From: Opitutales bacterium
Lineage (GTDB): Bacteria; Verrucomicrobiota; Verrucomicrobiia; Opitutales; UBA2987
Direction: 5' to 3'
NCBI GenBank assembly: GCA_965226885.1
Contig: CBDDEL010000010.1
Location: forward strand, 288,001-352,000
Length of the DNA stretch: 64,000 nt
Both the position numbers and the translations under genes were made by a program. The notes beneath the pieces are model-generated. The model did not search any database. It worked only from the letters and a program-made list of their open reading frames with translations, and was not told the origin of the DNA. Numbering within the stretch: the first letter of the stretch is position 1; each line of letters opens with the position of its first letter. Shown piece by piece: positions 35,399 to 47,187 of this stretch.

Positions 35399-35488
35399 CA
35401 CCCGGACTGATAACCGCGAACTCCCGTTTGTTGATGAGCGATTTGCCATCGGCGGCAACATCGAAAGCAATCATATTTTGGTAGTGTA
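35399..35488 (-). pseudogene. Possible SMP-30/gluconolactonase gene sliver between two IS elements
   Basis: Reads HYQNMIAFDVAADGKSLINKREFAVISPG, resembling the segment before the PDG motif. Confidence 0.35.
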
Positions 35489-37312
35489 GAGGCTGTCCCA
35501 AAAGGGTGATTTTTGCGAGGGCTTTTGATAGGCACTCATTTTAGAGGTATTTGCATTTGGGAGAGTATCAACTTTGCTCTCCTATGACGTTAGGATACTG
35601 GTTTTGGGGTCCGGTTGCCTGGTTTTCTTTGTATGAGCCGACAGTACGGCTGTGAAAAAGTATTGTCCTTGCTTTTCCGCTCTCTAGGCCGCCGCTTTGG
35701 TTTTTAGTTCGTCTTGCTGGGCCAGCATCTTGGCTACTTTCCATAGGTTGTGCGAGAGTACCGACCAGGCTACGCTGATCGAGCGGTTGGCAAAGCCTTT
35801 GCTGCGCAACCGCCCGGCCTGCCAGCGATTCTTCAATACCCCGATCCGCCCTTCGGTGCTGGCCCGGCGCTTTTGCAATTGTCTGAACAGTGGTTCCTCC
35901 CTCCGTTTTTTCAACTGCTTCGGATCGCGTGGACAGAGCGCGTCGTAGATTCCCTCCTGGGCTAACTGCCGGCGGGCCCGCTGGGAGGCAAATCCCCGGT
36001 CCGCGCACATGGCCGCTATGGGTTCTTCCAGGTTGAAGCGGTTCTGTCTTTGCAAACTCTCTTGCATTTGTTCATTTTCGCTTGGAGTTCGGCTGCCGTA
36101 GAGTTTCCAGTCCAGCAGGTACCCTTCAACGCTTTCTCCCAAAAACAGGGTGTTGCCGAACTCGACCTCTTGGCCCGCTTTACCTCGCACAATCACCTGC
36201 CCATCGAGTTCGTAAACACTCAAGACTTTCTCTGCGTTTTTCACCTGGCGGCAGCCAATGATCCGCTCGTGCGCCTGTTTGATGACCACCGGGATTTGCT
36301 CGCTCATGCGCTCCATCCGGGCGAGGATCTGTTGGACCTGTTTTTCGCTGTAATCGCTTTGCTCCCAGCAGGCTTGCAATAATTCCCGGTGACTGCGGGC
36401 ATGCTCCCCGATCCGTTTGAGCAGCTTTTTCATCTGCCTCAAGATACCCTTGCGCTGCCGCGCGCTGTCCTTTCGCCGCCGGCTGTGGGTCATCTGTATG
36501 CACAGCCGATTCATCTGCCGAGCCAAGGGCTCCGGTTCGATCGGCATGCGATGGCGCACACCGGCCTTCTCGCGGATCAGCCGGATCGCTTTGAGCAACG
36601 TGCCGGCTACATCCTTGAGTAATACCCAGTCCGTCGGCCAATGAATGTTAGCCTCCAAACAGGTGCCGTCGATCAGGCAAATGGTGGTGTCAATCGGCTT
36701 GTCCAATCCCACCTGCCGGGCCAGAAGGGCATCGCCCACCACCTCAGTCAAGGTCCGGTGCAAGGCCCTCAACTGCTCTTCGCTGAAAAACTTCGAGGCC
36801 CGCTCCAGGGTGCTTTTGGAGATGCCCCTGATGCCATCGATCTGCCGGACACGGCAAAAGTCGGCCAACAGATCGCTGCTGCCCAGAGCCCGCGACAAAT
36901 GCCGAAACGAAATCCCTCCGAGCAGACGGCCCAGCGTATCCATGCGCAGTGCCTTGATGGCAAAACTGGCCCGCTGCCGCCGGGCCTTTAGACCCATTGG
37001 CGGCCACCCCTCCAAGGCCAGCTCAATGGCCTGCGATTCCACCTCCGAGTCGATCAGCAGCCGATCGATTCGATCAATGGTGGCGCGGAAGTTATCGTAA
37101 TCGAGGCACCGGTCGACCACAGTTAAAGCTGGACGCAGGAGGCATTGGATGGCTATATTTTTCATAGAACATAGAAAGGGCTATATTGATTTTCGCTAAC
37201 TCAATTATAGAACCCTTTTTTGGCCGGATCGAGCAAAAACTTGCTCTTTCCGGCTCTTTTTATCAACGTCATCCAGTTGACTATAAAATCTTTATATTTT
37301 TGGGACAGCCTC
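35489..37312 (-). mobile_element. IS5-like element copy 4 (transposase 35684-37165)
   Basis: 1817 bp plus a 7-bp duplication CATAGAA at 37163-37176. Confidence 0.94.
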
Positions 37313-37437
37313 TAACTATGCATTTCCAAACCGGCTCATTAACGGAGGCTGGTGGCCGCGAAATTGGCCTTTCCCGCATCTGGTTTTGCCTTCAACGCCT
37401 CAATCGGCCCATATTGAACACGTCTGGTTTTTTGAGG

Positions 37438-37986
37438 TTATTGGGATCCGCCTGTTTCTAATAGGTGATCGACAACGATCATGCTCAGAGCCAGGCGTTC
37501 TTCATGTGATCCCGAGATGGGGACGTCTTTAATTTTACGTCGATTCAGCTCCTTCCGTATCAATTTTTGCATATTTTTCCGAGCTTCCGGCCGGGTTCGT
37601 TGAATGGGATCGGGAACCCACGGAATATCATCCTGGGCAAAGAGGGTCAGATCGTAATTCTCCTCCTTCGCCTCTTGTCGAACCGCTTCCGGACATTCCC
37701 CGAAGTAAAATTCGCTGTAAAGAACCGTCATCATGAGGTTGGTGTCGCAGAATAATATCCGGTTGGCTTGGGCTGTGAGGGCGGTTTCCCTTTCCATCTG
37801 GCCGCGGGCAATTTTGGCAATATCGACAGCCGCTGGTAGGGATTTTTTTTTATCGACGAATTCCCGTACGCACTCAGGAACCCAAACCGTTTTATAATGC
37901 CGGGCCAATGCGCGGGCCAGAGTCGTTTTGCCGGTGCATTCGGCCCCCACGATGGCCACCCGTTTTATTTGAGTGTCTTTTTCCAT
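37438..37986 (-). CDS. NadR-like AAA ATPase/kinase
   Basis: GAECTGKTTLA P-loop, VPECVREF, LFCDTN; overlaps pnuC. Confidence 0.85.
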   Translation of the reverse strand: MEKDTQIKRVAIVGAECTGKTTLARALARHYKTVWVPECVREFVDKKKSLPAAVDIAKIARGQMERETALTAQANRILFCDTNLMMTVLYSEFYFGECPEAVRQEAKEENYDLTLFAQDDIPWVPDPIQRTRPEARKNMQKLIRKELNRRKIKDVPISGSHEERLALSMIVVDHLLETGGSQ

Positions 37987-38543
37987 TCGATAAAACCGAG
38001 AGCTGCCAGGACGAGGAAAAAAGCGTATAGCCCGGCCGTCGGGTAGAGACCCTTATAGATATAAATGGCCACATAGAGGGTGTCCACAGCCAGCCAGACA
38101 AGCCAGCATTCGAGGACCTTTCGGGCCATCAGCCATTGGGCCATCAGGCTGACCACCGTGGTGGCGGAATCCCAGTATGGAATATCGGCGTCGGTTCTGG
38201 TCTCCAATAGCCAGCCGACCAGGGGTATGGCTGCCATGCCAGTGAAAACCAGAGCGAGCCCATGTCGCCGATGCAGCCGGGACACCTGCAATTCACTTTT
38301 TTTATCCGGGCCAGGGCCGGCATCGCCATGAAGCCAATGCCACCAGCCGTAAAGAGATACCCCTATATAGAAAGCCTGCAGGCCCATATCCGCGTATAAA
38401 CGGACTTGAAAAAAGATATAGAGGTATAAGATGATATTGACCAAGCCAACTGGCCAGCACCAGATATTCTGGCGAATGGTTAGCCATACGCCGGCCACTC
38501 CAAATATTACTCCGAAAATTTCAATCCAATCGAATTCCATCAT
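37965..38543 (-). CDS. pnuC: Nicotinamide riboside transporter PnuC
   Basis: WCWPVG, LYADMGLQ, YGWWHW, AQWLMARKVLECW. Confidence 0.9.
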   Translation of the reverse strand: MMEFDWIEIFGVIFGVAGVWLTIRQNIWCWPVGLVNIILYLYIFFQVRLYADMGLQAFYIGVSLYGWWHWLHGDAGPGPDKKSELQVSRLHRRHGLALVFTGMAAIPLVGWLLETRTDADIPYWDSATTVVSLMAQWLMARKVLECWLVWLAVDTLYVAIYIYKGLYPTAGLYAFFLVLAALGFIEWKKTLK

Positions 38544-38604
38544 GCATAGTGAATAAAGAGACTCATCCAACGATGGCACCCAACCCGAAGCAAGATAAAA
38601 CACT

Positions 38605-39354
38605 GTGTTAAAATTTCACTACTCCCACCCACTTGCACTCGGCCTCGGCCTCTTGGTCTTGGCGTTTCATTTTCCCCTCCAGGCGGAGGTCGAGCAGATC
38701 GAGATGAAAATTCTGCCAGGGCTCATGGAGGCGGCAAAAGTCAGCGGCAAGGTCTTTTTTGAGTTCAAAGGCCAATCCTTCCGCGTAAAAAAACGATCCA
38801 GGGCGGTTCAGGGAGTGGTCGTCAACGCCCATCCCAAAAGCAGCGTCGTTTTGTTAATGGCCAACGGGACCGCTATCTCCCTGCAAGGACCCGCCAAAGT
38901 AAAAATCGAACGCTTTCTAGTCGAGGCATACAACCAGCCACCCGTCTCCCCGTCGCGCTCAAAGACGGAACCCGAACCCAGTTCCTCCGACACCCTTCTG
39001 CGGCTGTTTTTCGGGGACATTGTTATCGAAACCAAAGTTTTGCACGAAAACTCCAGCTTCATCGTCCAAACGCCCTTCGGAAACGTCAGCCCCATTCCCA
39101 ACGATTACGGTTTTAAGACCCTCTTTCGCATACGCTACAGCGAAGATTACCCCATGCTGGCGGCCTGGGAAGGCCTCGTGAAACTGGAATCGCCGGAAAA
39201 CGAACCCCGCATAGTGGCCCGCGACGAGCAACTATTCGTCCACCCCGAAAAAGGCCTCCTGCTGGCCCCCGGCCTGACCGCCGGCAACATCCGCCGCTTC
39301 GAGCAAACCATGGCCATCCTTCAAAACACCCAACAACGCTTCCGCACGAAGTAA
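38605..39354 (+). CDS. FecR-domain-like secreted protein
   Basis: Signal peptide; VLLMANGT, LRLFFG, SFIVQTPFG. Confidence 0.6.
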   Translation: MLKFHYSHPLALGLGLLVLAFHFPLQAEVEQIEMKILPGLMEAAKVSGKVFFEFKGQSFRVKKRSRAVQGVVVNAHPKSSVVLLMANGTAISLQGPAKVKIERFLVEAYNQPPVSPSRSKTEPEPSSSDTLLRLFFGDIVIETKVLHENSSFIVQTPFGNVSPIPNDYGFKTLFRIRYSEDYPMLAAWEGLVKLESPENEPRIVARDEQLFVHPEKGLLLAPGLTAGNIRRFEQTMAILQNTQQRFRTK

Positions 39355-40722
39355 AAGCAACCAAAACTACATTCCGCCCTTGACATCCAAACTAGGTTAT
39401 GCTTAATTATTGCATTCCGACCTGCAAAGCTCGATATGCGCCAAAACATGACCAAGCCCAGCCTGGCGGCAACTTTTCTAACTTTTCTACTGCTGCTGTT
39501 TTTCTTGCTCCTTCCGATAGCAGGAAATGGGGAAGAAGTCACCTTGGTCAAAGATATTGAGGATGCTGTAATCGGAGGGTATAAGGGAAATCCCGTCGCA
39601 CTGAATGGATATCTTTATTTTTTAGGCGAAGATCTTGCCCACGGTGTAGAAATTTGGAGAAGCGACGGCACTACGGAAGGCACGGAGCTTTTCGCGGATA
39701 TCAGGAAAGGGCCGGAAAGTGATTTCGCACATCCCAATCCGTTTTCCGGCGATTACCGCGCACCCAGATTAGCGCGCTCGGGAGATTATATTTTTTTTCC
39801 GGGAAACGACGGCGGGGGGTACAATGGCTTATGGAAAACCGATGGCACAATTGAAGAAACGCAACCGGTCAAGAATTTCCCATCGGATGAGCAAACCCCG
39901 AACCTGGGAAGTTTAACCGATGTCGCCGGCAACCTATATTTTACGGCTTACGGGGATAGGGAATTATGGATTTCGGACGGCACAGAGGAAGGCACGATTC
40001 TTTATATGGAATCTGATGCCGAAAACGATATCGAGAACTTCCGGCGCTTAACCAATGTAAATGGAGAGCTGTTTTTTTTCAGCAACCACGGCACTAAAAT
40101 GTGGAAAATCAACGGCGCACAGGCAGCCGCTGTTGAATTGTGGGATTTCGAGGATAACCGTGTTACCTTTATTGGCGAACCCAATGATGATTATAATGGA
40201 TTCCTGTATTTTGCGACCACAGATGGAAGAAACCACCAAATGTGGAAAACCGATGGCACCGAAGGCGGCACGACGCCTATAGAAAATCCAGGTCTATCTA
40301 ATTTCGGAATGTTTCTACCCGTAGGCGACAGCCTTATTTTTGTGGCGGACTCTCCCGAAACAGGGACAGAACTATGGGTTACGGACGGTGCCGATAATGG
40401 AGCGCAGCTCTTCGTTGACGTAAACCCCGGCGCAGACGATGGATATCCACATGATCTAATCTATTTTTCTGGAGAACTTTTTTTTACAGCTTTGAACGGC
40501 ACATCAGGTGGAGAACTTTTTCGATCGAATGGAACGCCAAAGGGAACACATCTCCTCAAAGATATTTATCCGGGAAAACGAAGCGGTGCGGGCGGTGAAA
40601 TGGTCCTGTTCGGCGATTATCTTTATTTTCGAGCTTTGGACCCCACAAATGGAGTCTCCCTTTGGCGAACGGATGGAACCGAAGATGGAACGAAGTTGAT
40701 TCATTCGATAAATGATTGGACA

Positions 40723-43624
40723 TGACGTGTACTGGATTTGTTGGACACGGGATTCTCTTATATTCATTGTTTATTGATTAGTGTGTCAGGCGGCTTGTTT
40801 TGGTAAAGGGTTTTGTTTTCTCGTTGCCCCCCATGGGGGGCAAATATTTTCCTCGAATTGGACTGGGCTTTGGTAACTCAGAGAGGAATGTTTGCGATAT
40901 CGGTTGTAGAAGATTTCCACGTATTCGAAGACAGTTGATCGCAGTTCGCGCTCGTCGGCAAAAAAGTGGCGGCCTCGAATCGTGCTGGTCTTGAAGCGGC
41001 CGTAGAACGATTCCATGGCCGCGTTGTCGTAGCAGTTGCCTTGGGCGCTCATGCTCGGCTTCATGCCTAGTTCAGAGACCAGCCTCTGATAGTCGTCGCT
41101 GGCGTAGGGGCTGCCCCGATCGCTGTGATGAATAATCCCGGTGCGCAGTGTGCCGCGGGTCATGGCCGCGGCTTTGAGGGCCTTGCCAACCAGCTTCGCG
41201 TCGTTGTGGTTGGAAACGCTCCAGCCCAGCAGGCGTCGGCTGAACAGGTCCATCACCGTGGCCAAGTACATCCAACCGGCCAGGGTCCGTAGGTAGGTCG
41301 TGTCCGCCACCCAGACCTCGTCGATATGGGTCGGCTGGCCATGCTTTTTAAGCACATTGGGGCTGTAACCATAGGGATGGTTACTGTTGGTTTTTAATGG
41401 CTTAAAGCGTTTACTCTGGGTGCTTTTGATTCCCATTTCACGCATCAGACGCAGAGCCCGGTCACGGCCGCAATCGATGCCCTCATCATCCTTCAGATGG
41501 CGGTGCATTGGCCGATGCCCATAGCGGCCCTTGGCCTCTTTGTGTACCTTCAGGATCGCCCCCTTGATTCCCTCGTCCTCGATCCGCCGGGCCGAGGGCG
41601 CTCGGGGCCTCCAGCAGTAATAGCCACTGCGACAAATCCCCATCGCCGAGCATATTTCCTCGATCTTGAAGCGCCCCTCGTTGTCTTTGACAAACTGGTA
41701 CTTCATTGTTCGTCCTTGGCAAAGTAGCCCACCGTTTTTTTTAGTATCTGGTTGATCCGCTCCGAGCGGCGCAGCTCTTTGCGAAGACGATCTATCTCGG
41801 CCGCCATCTCCTTCGGACTGCTCTGTCGCTTTGAGGTGGCTTCGCCCTGCTGATCGTCCAGATAGAGCCTCTTCCACCTATACAATTGGTTGGTGTTGAC
41901 CCCAAGTTTGGTCGATACCTCGGTGGCGCTCAGACCATCGAGTATCATCAGTTGAACTGCCTCATTTTTGAACTCTATACTAACCCGGATATTTCATGAA
42001 GGGTAAAGTTTGGCTCGTTATTGCTATTGGAGATGGATTTCTTTGTATTTTGAGCAGATCGTCTTGATTTTTAGGTGTTTTTCAGGGTGTAGAGACACTG
42101 CCCCCTTTCCCCCATTGGTTCGGTAGTGCCGGGGGCAGCACCAATGCACCCTTTAGGTTGGCACCAATCGGCGGGCCGCATGGTTGAAAAGACTGGCCCA
42201 AGGATAACTCTCACTTAGGTGAAAGTGAATCGTTCGGGTGTTGCGCACGATGACCGCTCCGATCTTGATTAATTTGAGCCGCAGGGTGTGGCATTGGGCC
42301 CGCGCCCACTTCGTCCCTTTTAAGGCTAACCGGCGCATGGCTTCCATCAAGGTGTAGGCCAGCGCCGACAAGAGCAATCGCCACTGATTGGCCCACCATT
42401 GATGGGCGCTGGTGCGCTCGCTGAACAATTGCATCTGTTCCTTGATTCGGTTCTCCATTTCACCGCGGCCACAGTATACCTTGTCGTAAAGCTCCTGGGG
42501 ATCGCCCGGCAGGTTCGTCACCACGAAGCGCGGGTTGGACCCCTGTGCGGTGTGTTCGGCTTTATGGATGACCAACCGCAGCCAGCGCCACGAATCGGCA
42601 GCATAGACGAAGTCCTGGAATAACCGTTGTTTTTTACCCCTTAGTTCGAACCATTCTTTGGCCTGCTTTTGCAACTGCTGGGCGTCTTGCTGCAAGCGTG
42701 CATTGCGAGCCATCCCCACGATGTAACTAACTTCGTTGCGGTCGCACCAAGAGAGTATCCGGTCTCGACAAAATCCACTGTCGGCGCGCCAAATAATCCG
42801 CGTACGGGGCCAGCTTTGGCGAATCCGTTTAACCAGCAATTTGAGGATGGCCCCGGCATGCTTGCTGGCATCGATCTTGCTCGGCCGCAGGTAGGCCACC
42901 AGCAGCTGATCACCGCAAAAAACATATAGCGGCAGAAAACAGTAATGATCATAATAACCGTGGAAAAAACGTCCCTCCTGGAGCCCGTGCACCGGATTGT
43001 CGGTGGCGTCAAAGTCCAGGATGATCTCTTCGGGTTCCTCGGCAAAGGAGCCCATGAACTGTTCGACCAGCAACTCGTTCAGGGCAAAGGCTGCCCGCCG
43101 ATCCTGCCCGTTTTCAAAACGACACAAAGTCAGCGCGCTGGCCAACGCTTCAGTGCGCCCCGTTACCGTTTGCAACAAAGGATCGCGGCGCAGGGTGTCA
43201 AAGTCGTTCAAATCCTCATGGCCCGCCACCAGCCCGTAAACGCGCTGCCGCAGCATCCCCAATACCTCATGGCGTACTTTGCCCTTCTGCCGTTTGTCCA
43301 CTAACTGTCGGGCCGCTCGTTCGGTCAAGCCCAACTGCCGATCCACTTCCCGGATCAAAAGCAGTCCGGCATCCGAAGTAACCTCTCCGCCCTTGAAATC
43401 AACCCGCACACGGCGGCCTTTTACCCTTGTCAACTGTAGCTTTAATTGTTTACCTTTTGTCATCGCTGATATTGCTTTAATTATTGATCTATCCTGCTGT
43501 ATATCAGCAGTTAAGCATATCAACGATACTTTTTTTACGAAATATCCGGGCTAAAGCGTCTTCTTCCCATGCTTCGATTCTCCATTTAGGAGAATCTCGT
43601 GTCCACTTTTTCCAGTGCACATCA
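40723..43624 (-). mobile_element. Composite IS3(a)::IS1380, copy 2 (inverted)
   Basis: Same nested TTAG site as copy 1; TSD ACA with an extra TCA at 43625-43627. Confidence 0.94.
41984..43550 (-). mobile_element. IS1380-family element, 1567 bp
   Basis: TIRs, CTAA flanks, open transposase frame ending at 42153. Confidence 0.95.
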
Positions 43625-44846
43625 TCAACATTTGATTCTTATCTCGGCGACCTGACACCTACTGAGAGTTTGCTTTACTTTAGGGCAGAAACATCGGAAA
43701 CGAACGACAGAGAAATGTGGGTATCGGATGGGACTGATGAAGGATCGGTTCGCGTTCGGGATTTCATCCAAAAGGAAATCGGAACCTTTTATTCCTCTCT
43801 TACCAATGTCAATGGAGTCATTTTTTACGAAGCATATTCAGAAGAATTTGGGGTGGAACTTTGGAAAACCAACGGCACACCTGAAGGCACCGGCCTCGTC
43901 AAGGACATTGCCCCGGGTCCAGATAGTTCGTCACCCTTTCCTTTGGGACAGCACGATGGCATTTTGTATTTCGCGGTTACATTCGACTATCCAAATGGTG
44001 AACTTTGGAGGACCGATGGGACAAGAGATGGAACCTGGGTGATTAAAAGAACTTGGGGCGAACTCGTCGAAGTGCGTCCCCGGCAACTAGAGGTGGCCAA
44101 TGATACCTTATTTTTCTTTGTGGGAAGACTTGGCAAGTTAAGCCCAAGGAGGCTTCAACTCTGGAAAAGCGACGGCACACCGGAAGGAACGGAAATGATA
44201 TTACTGCCAATTGAAGAAAATTTGGTTGGATTTAATACAAAATTGAAGGCGTCCGGTGGTCAGGTTTTTTTTTACCAAGCATTTGACGGATTTAGCAAGG
44301 AACTATGGCGCACGGATGGAACCCCGGAAGGAACCTATTCAATCGATATCAATCCGGGACCGGAGGATAGTTATATTACGGATCTGACGGATATCAACGG
44401 CACATTATATTTCCGGGCCTATACGGAAACTCATGGCAGTGAATTGTGGAGAAGCGATGGCACGGTAGAAGGCACTTACATGATCAAAGATATCTATCCG
44501 GGACCACTTCCAGAATATGAAACCCCCGGCACCTTCCATCAAAACATTGATTTTGAACAAGGCCGCCTGGTTTATTCCAATGGGTATATCTATTTCCTAG
44601 CGGACGACGGCATCCATGGCGGCGAGCTTTGGCGGACCGATGGCACTTCGGCGGGAACTATGCTGGTACGCGATATCAATCCCGGCCCGGAAGGCTCCTT
44701 CCCCTTTAACGTAACCGATGTCAACGGTGTGCTTTATTTCATCGCCTATCCTCAGGAAGTGCACAACGAACTGTGGAAAAGCGACGGCACGGAAGTGGGA
44801 ACTGTGCACATAGCAAACCTGATTTCGGCGCCGGGACTCGATTGGG

Positions 44847-46179
44847 TGAAATGGACGGGGAGAACTGGACAGTGGAATAAGGTGGTCTTGAACCACTAAA
44901 TCCGCTAACCTATGAATGTTATTAAATCACGAAAGAGAAGACAATACAGTGCTGAGTTTAAAGCCCGAGTGGCCCTGGAAGCCATCAGGGGCGCTCATAC
45001 CATCAACGAGATCGCCGGTCGTTTTGAGGTGCATCCCAACCAGGTGACCCAATGGAAGAAGCAGCTTTTGCAGGGAGCAACGGAGCTGTTTTCGCGCCAG
45101 CGGCAGACTCTCAGCAAGGACAACGAGACGGAAAAAGATCACCTTTACCAGGAGATTGGAAAGCTGAAAGTAGAATGCGATTGGCTAAAAAAAAAGTCTG
45201 AACAATTCGGTTGGTGAGAGGCGCAAGATGGTGCAACCACTTCAAGGAAAAATCAGTATCGGCAGGCAATGTCAGTTGCTGGGGCTGGCCCGCGGCAGCT
45301 ATTACTATCGGGCCCGTGCCCAGTGCGAGCAGAACGTTCTCTACATGCATCGCATGGATGAGCTCTACACCCAATATCCGTTTTTTGGTTCTCGCCGGAT
45401 GACCCAGTGGCTGCGTCGAGAGGGCCATGCAGTGGGACGAGGCCGCATCCAGCGGCTCATGCGCCAAATGGGCCTGGAGGCTATTTATCCGCGTCGAAAC
45501 TTGAGCCAGGGGCACCGGCAGCACCGCATTTTCCCTTATCTGCTGCGGGGTTTGGCGGTCGAGCGGCCCGACCAGGTATGGTGCAGCGACATCACTTACC
45601 TGCGGCTGAGCCGAGGATTCCTTTTCTTGACCGTGGTGTTGGACTGGTTCAGCCGCTACGTGTTGAGCTGGCAGCTTTCCAACACCCTGGAGAGCCGCTT
45701 CTGTGTGCTCGCCCTGGAGGAAGCTCTGAGGCGGGCCCAACCTCAAATCTTCAACACCGATCAAGGCAGCCAGTTTACCGGCAGCGAGTTCACCTCGGTG
45801 CTGGGGCAAGCCGGGGTGCGCATCAGCATGGACGGGCGTGGCCGCTACCTGGACAACATATTTGTTGAACGCTTTTGGAGAACCCTCAAGTATGAAGACA
45901 TTTACCTGCGCGAATACGCCACGGCAAAGGAAGCCAGCGAAGGGATAGCCCGCTACCTGGACTTCTACAACCACCTGCGCCCCCACCAAGCCCTGGGCTA
46001 CCGGACCCCGGCCGAAGTCCATGCAATCGGAGCAAAACCAACCTCCCCGCCAATACAGCTTGCGGGCACCTGCGTGCCCGTCTTTGGCTAAGGACAAAAT
46101 ATATTTTTAAAAAATAATATGAACACGATTTCCACCTTAATCCCACGTCAAAATTGTCCAAACAACCCCGTCCACTTCA
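44847..46179 (+). mobile_element. IS3-family element (b), orfA 44912-45217, orfB to 46091
   Basis: TGAAATGGACGGGG...CCCCGTCCACTTCA, TSD GGG; WCSDITY, NTDQGSQFT, DNIFVERFW. Confidence 0.94.
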
Positions 46180-46737
46180 GGGTGACTCATTTCCCCGCAA
46201 ATCAATTCGTGTCCTTCAAGGATCAATTATATTTTGTGTATTATCGGGTAGAAACGGGGTCCGAGCTTTACACCTTAAAATGGACGGAAGCCGATAGGTA
46301 CTTCCCTCTCTCGGTGGATATCGGGAATGGATGGAGGGAAAGCGATTGGTTGGGAATCTTTTTCACTCCCAATCTGCCCTGGATTTGGCATGATGCTCAT
46401 GGGTGGCTCTATTTCCCCGAAAAGGAAATTACCGACAGATGGTTTTGGGATTTGGCACAGGGCTGGTTATGGACCTTGGAAGACCAATACCCGCTCCTTT
46501 ATCGCCACAACGATAATAGTTGGCTCTGGTATTGGATCGGCACATCCGATCCGCGAATTTTCTACAACTATAAAACCGGGCAAACTGAGGAATTTGCAAA
46601 GTCCGATTAAGGATTATTGTGGATTCCAACTCCTTCCAACATTCCTTTTGAGTTCAAAGAAAGTATTGCCAGAAGGAACCGGAATGGCAGTCTTCGGGTC
46701 TTTTCCACCATTCTAACCTCAAACTGTATTAATTTTT

Positions 46738-47187
46738 ATGGAATCCAATTATCCCGATCTTACTGTGCGTCCGCCTCGCGGGCCTCGCGGGCTCCTGGGC
46801 GGCTTTGTTTGTCTGCCGCGTATTCTTGACAAATGCCGGGCCGTTCTAGCGGGCAAGAATGGCGAATATAATTACGACTGTCCCATGGACCAACATTTCC
46901 TCTCCTTCACCGGTATTACCGCAGATGACCTCAAGGCGCAGGTGGCCGGCGGCCAGGGAGATGGTGAAATTCTGGCCTGGGTTCTGAAAAACATGCGCTC
47001 AGCCATCACCGAGGCCGATATTCGAAACTGGTCCGAGTATATGGAACCGCGCAGCCCTTCCGATTGCGAATCGCGGGAGTTTTATCAGGGTATGCATTCG
47101 CAAGTGGCCCCCGATCGGGAGGACCTCGCCACCTGGTTCGATCTTCTTGATATTGACGACTATGTCTCCTTCGGGGGCAAACCGTGA
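46738..47187 (+). CDS. DUF5069-like protein
   Basis: LPRILDKCRA, GEYNYDCPMD, TWFDLLDIDD. Confidence 0.8.
   Translation: MESNYPDLTVRPPRGPRGLLGGFVCLPRILDKCRAVLAGKNGEYNYDCPMDQHFLSFTGITADDLKAQVAGGQGDGEILAWVLKNMRSAITEADIRNWSEYMEPRSPSDCESREFYQGMHSQVAPDREDLATWFDLLDIDDYVSFGGKP

Larger units (their letters stand above)
39436..46610 (+). pseudogene. ELWxxDGT-repeat surface protein with a Trp-rich C-terminal domain, interrupted by two IS3-family insertions
   Basis: More than ten E[LI]W[RK][ST]DGT-like repeats. The frame is restored on removing 40723-43627 and 44847-46179 with their TSDs (DWTFDSY, DWVTHF). Confidence 0.92.

Noticed and set aside
35480..35488. GGTAGTGTA matching the IS1 terminal repeat next to IS5-like copy 4
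   Set aside because: Only 9 bp, with no IS1 sequence on the other flank; chance or unprovable.
567..37312. All four IS5-like copies share one orientation
   Set aside because: With four copies this has a 1-in-8 chance, which is not informative.
4939..38980. 6-bp doublets (CCTATA at 4939, CCATTC near 9057, GAACCC near 38968)
   Set aside because: They may belong to the duplication class but are too short to separate from chance without orthologues.
40714..44846. Both IS3 insertions in the ELWxxDGT gene follow GATTGG
   Set aside because: Different IS3 groups and offsets, and other IS3(a) sites lack the motif.
46773..46791. GCCTCGCGG x2 in the DUF5069-like gene
   Set aside because: Encodes a PRxPR motif expected for the family with no apparent length gain.
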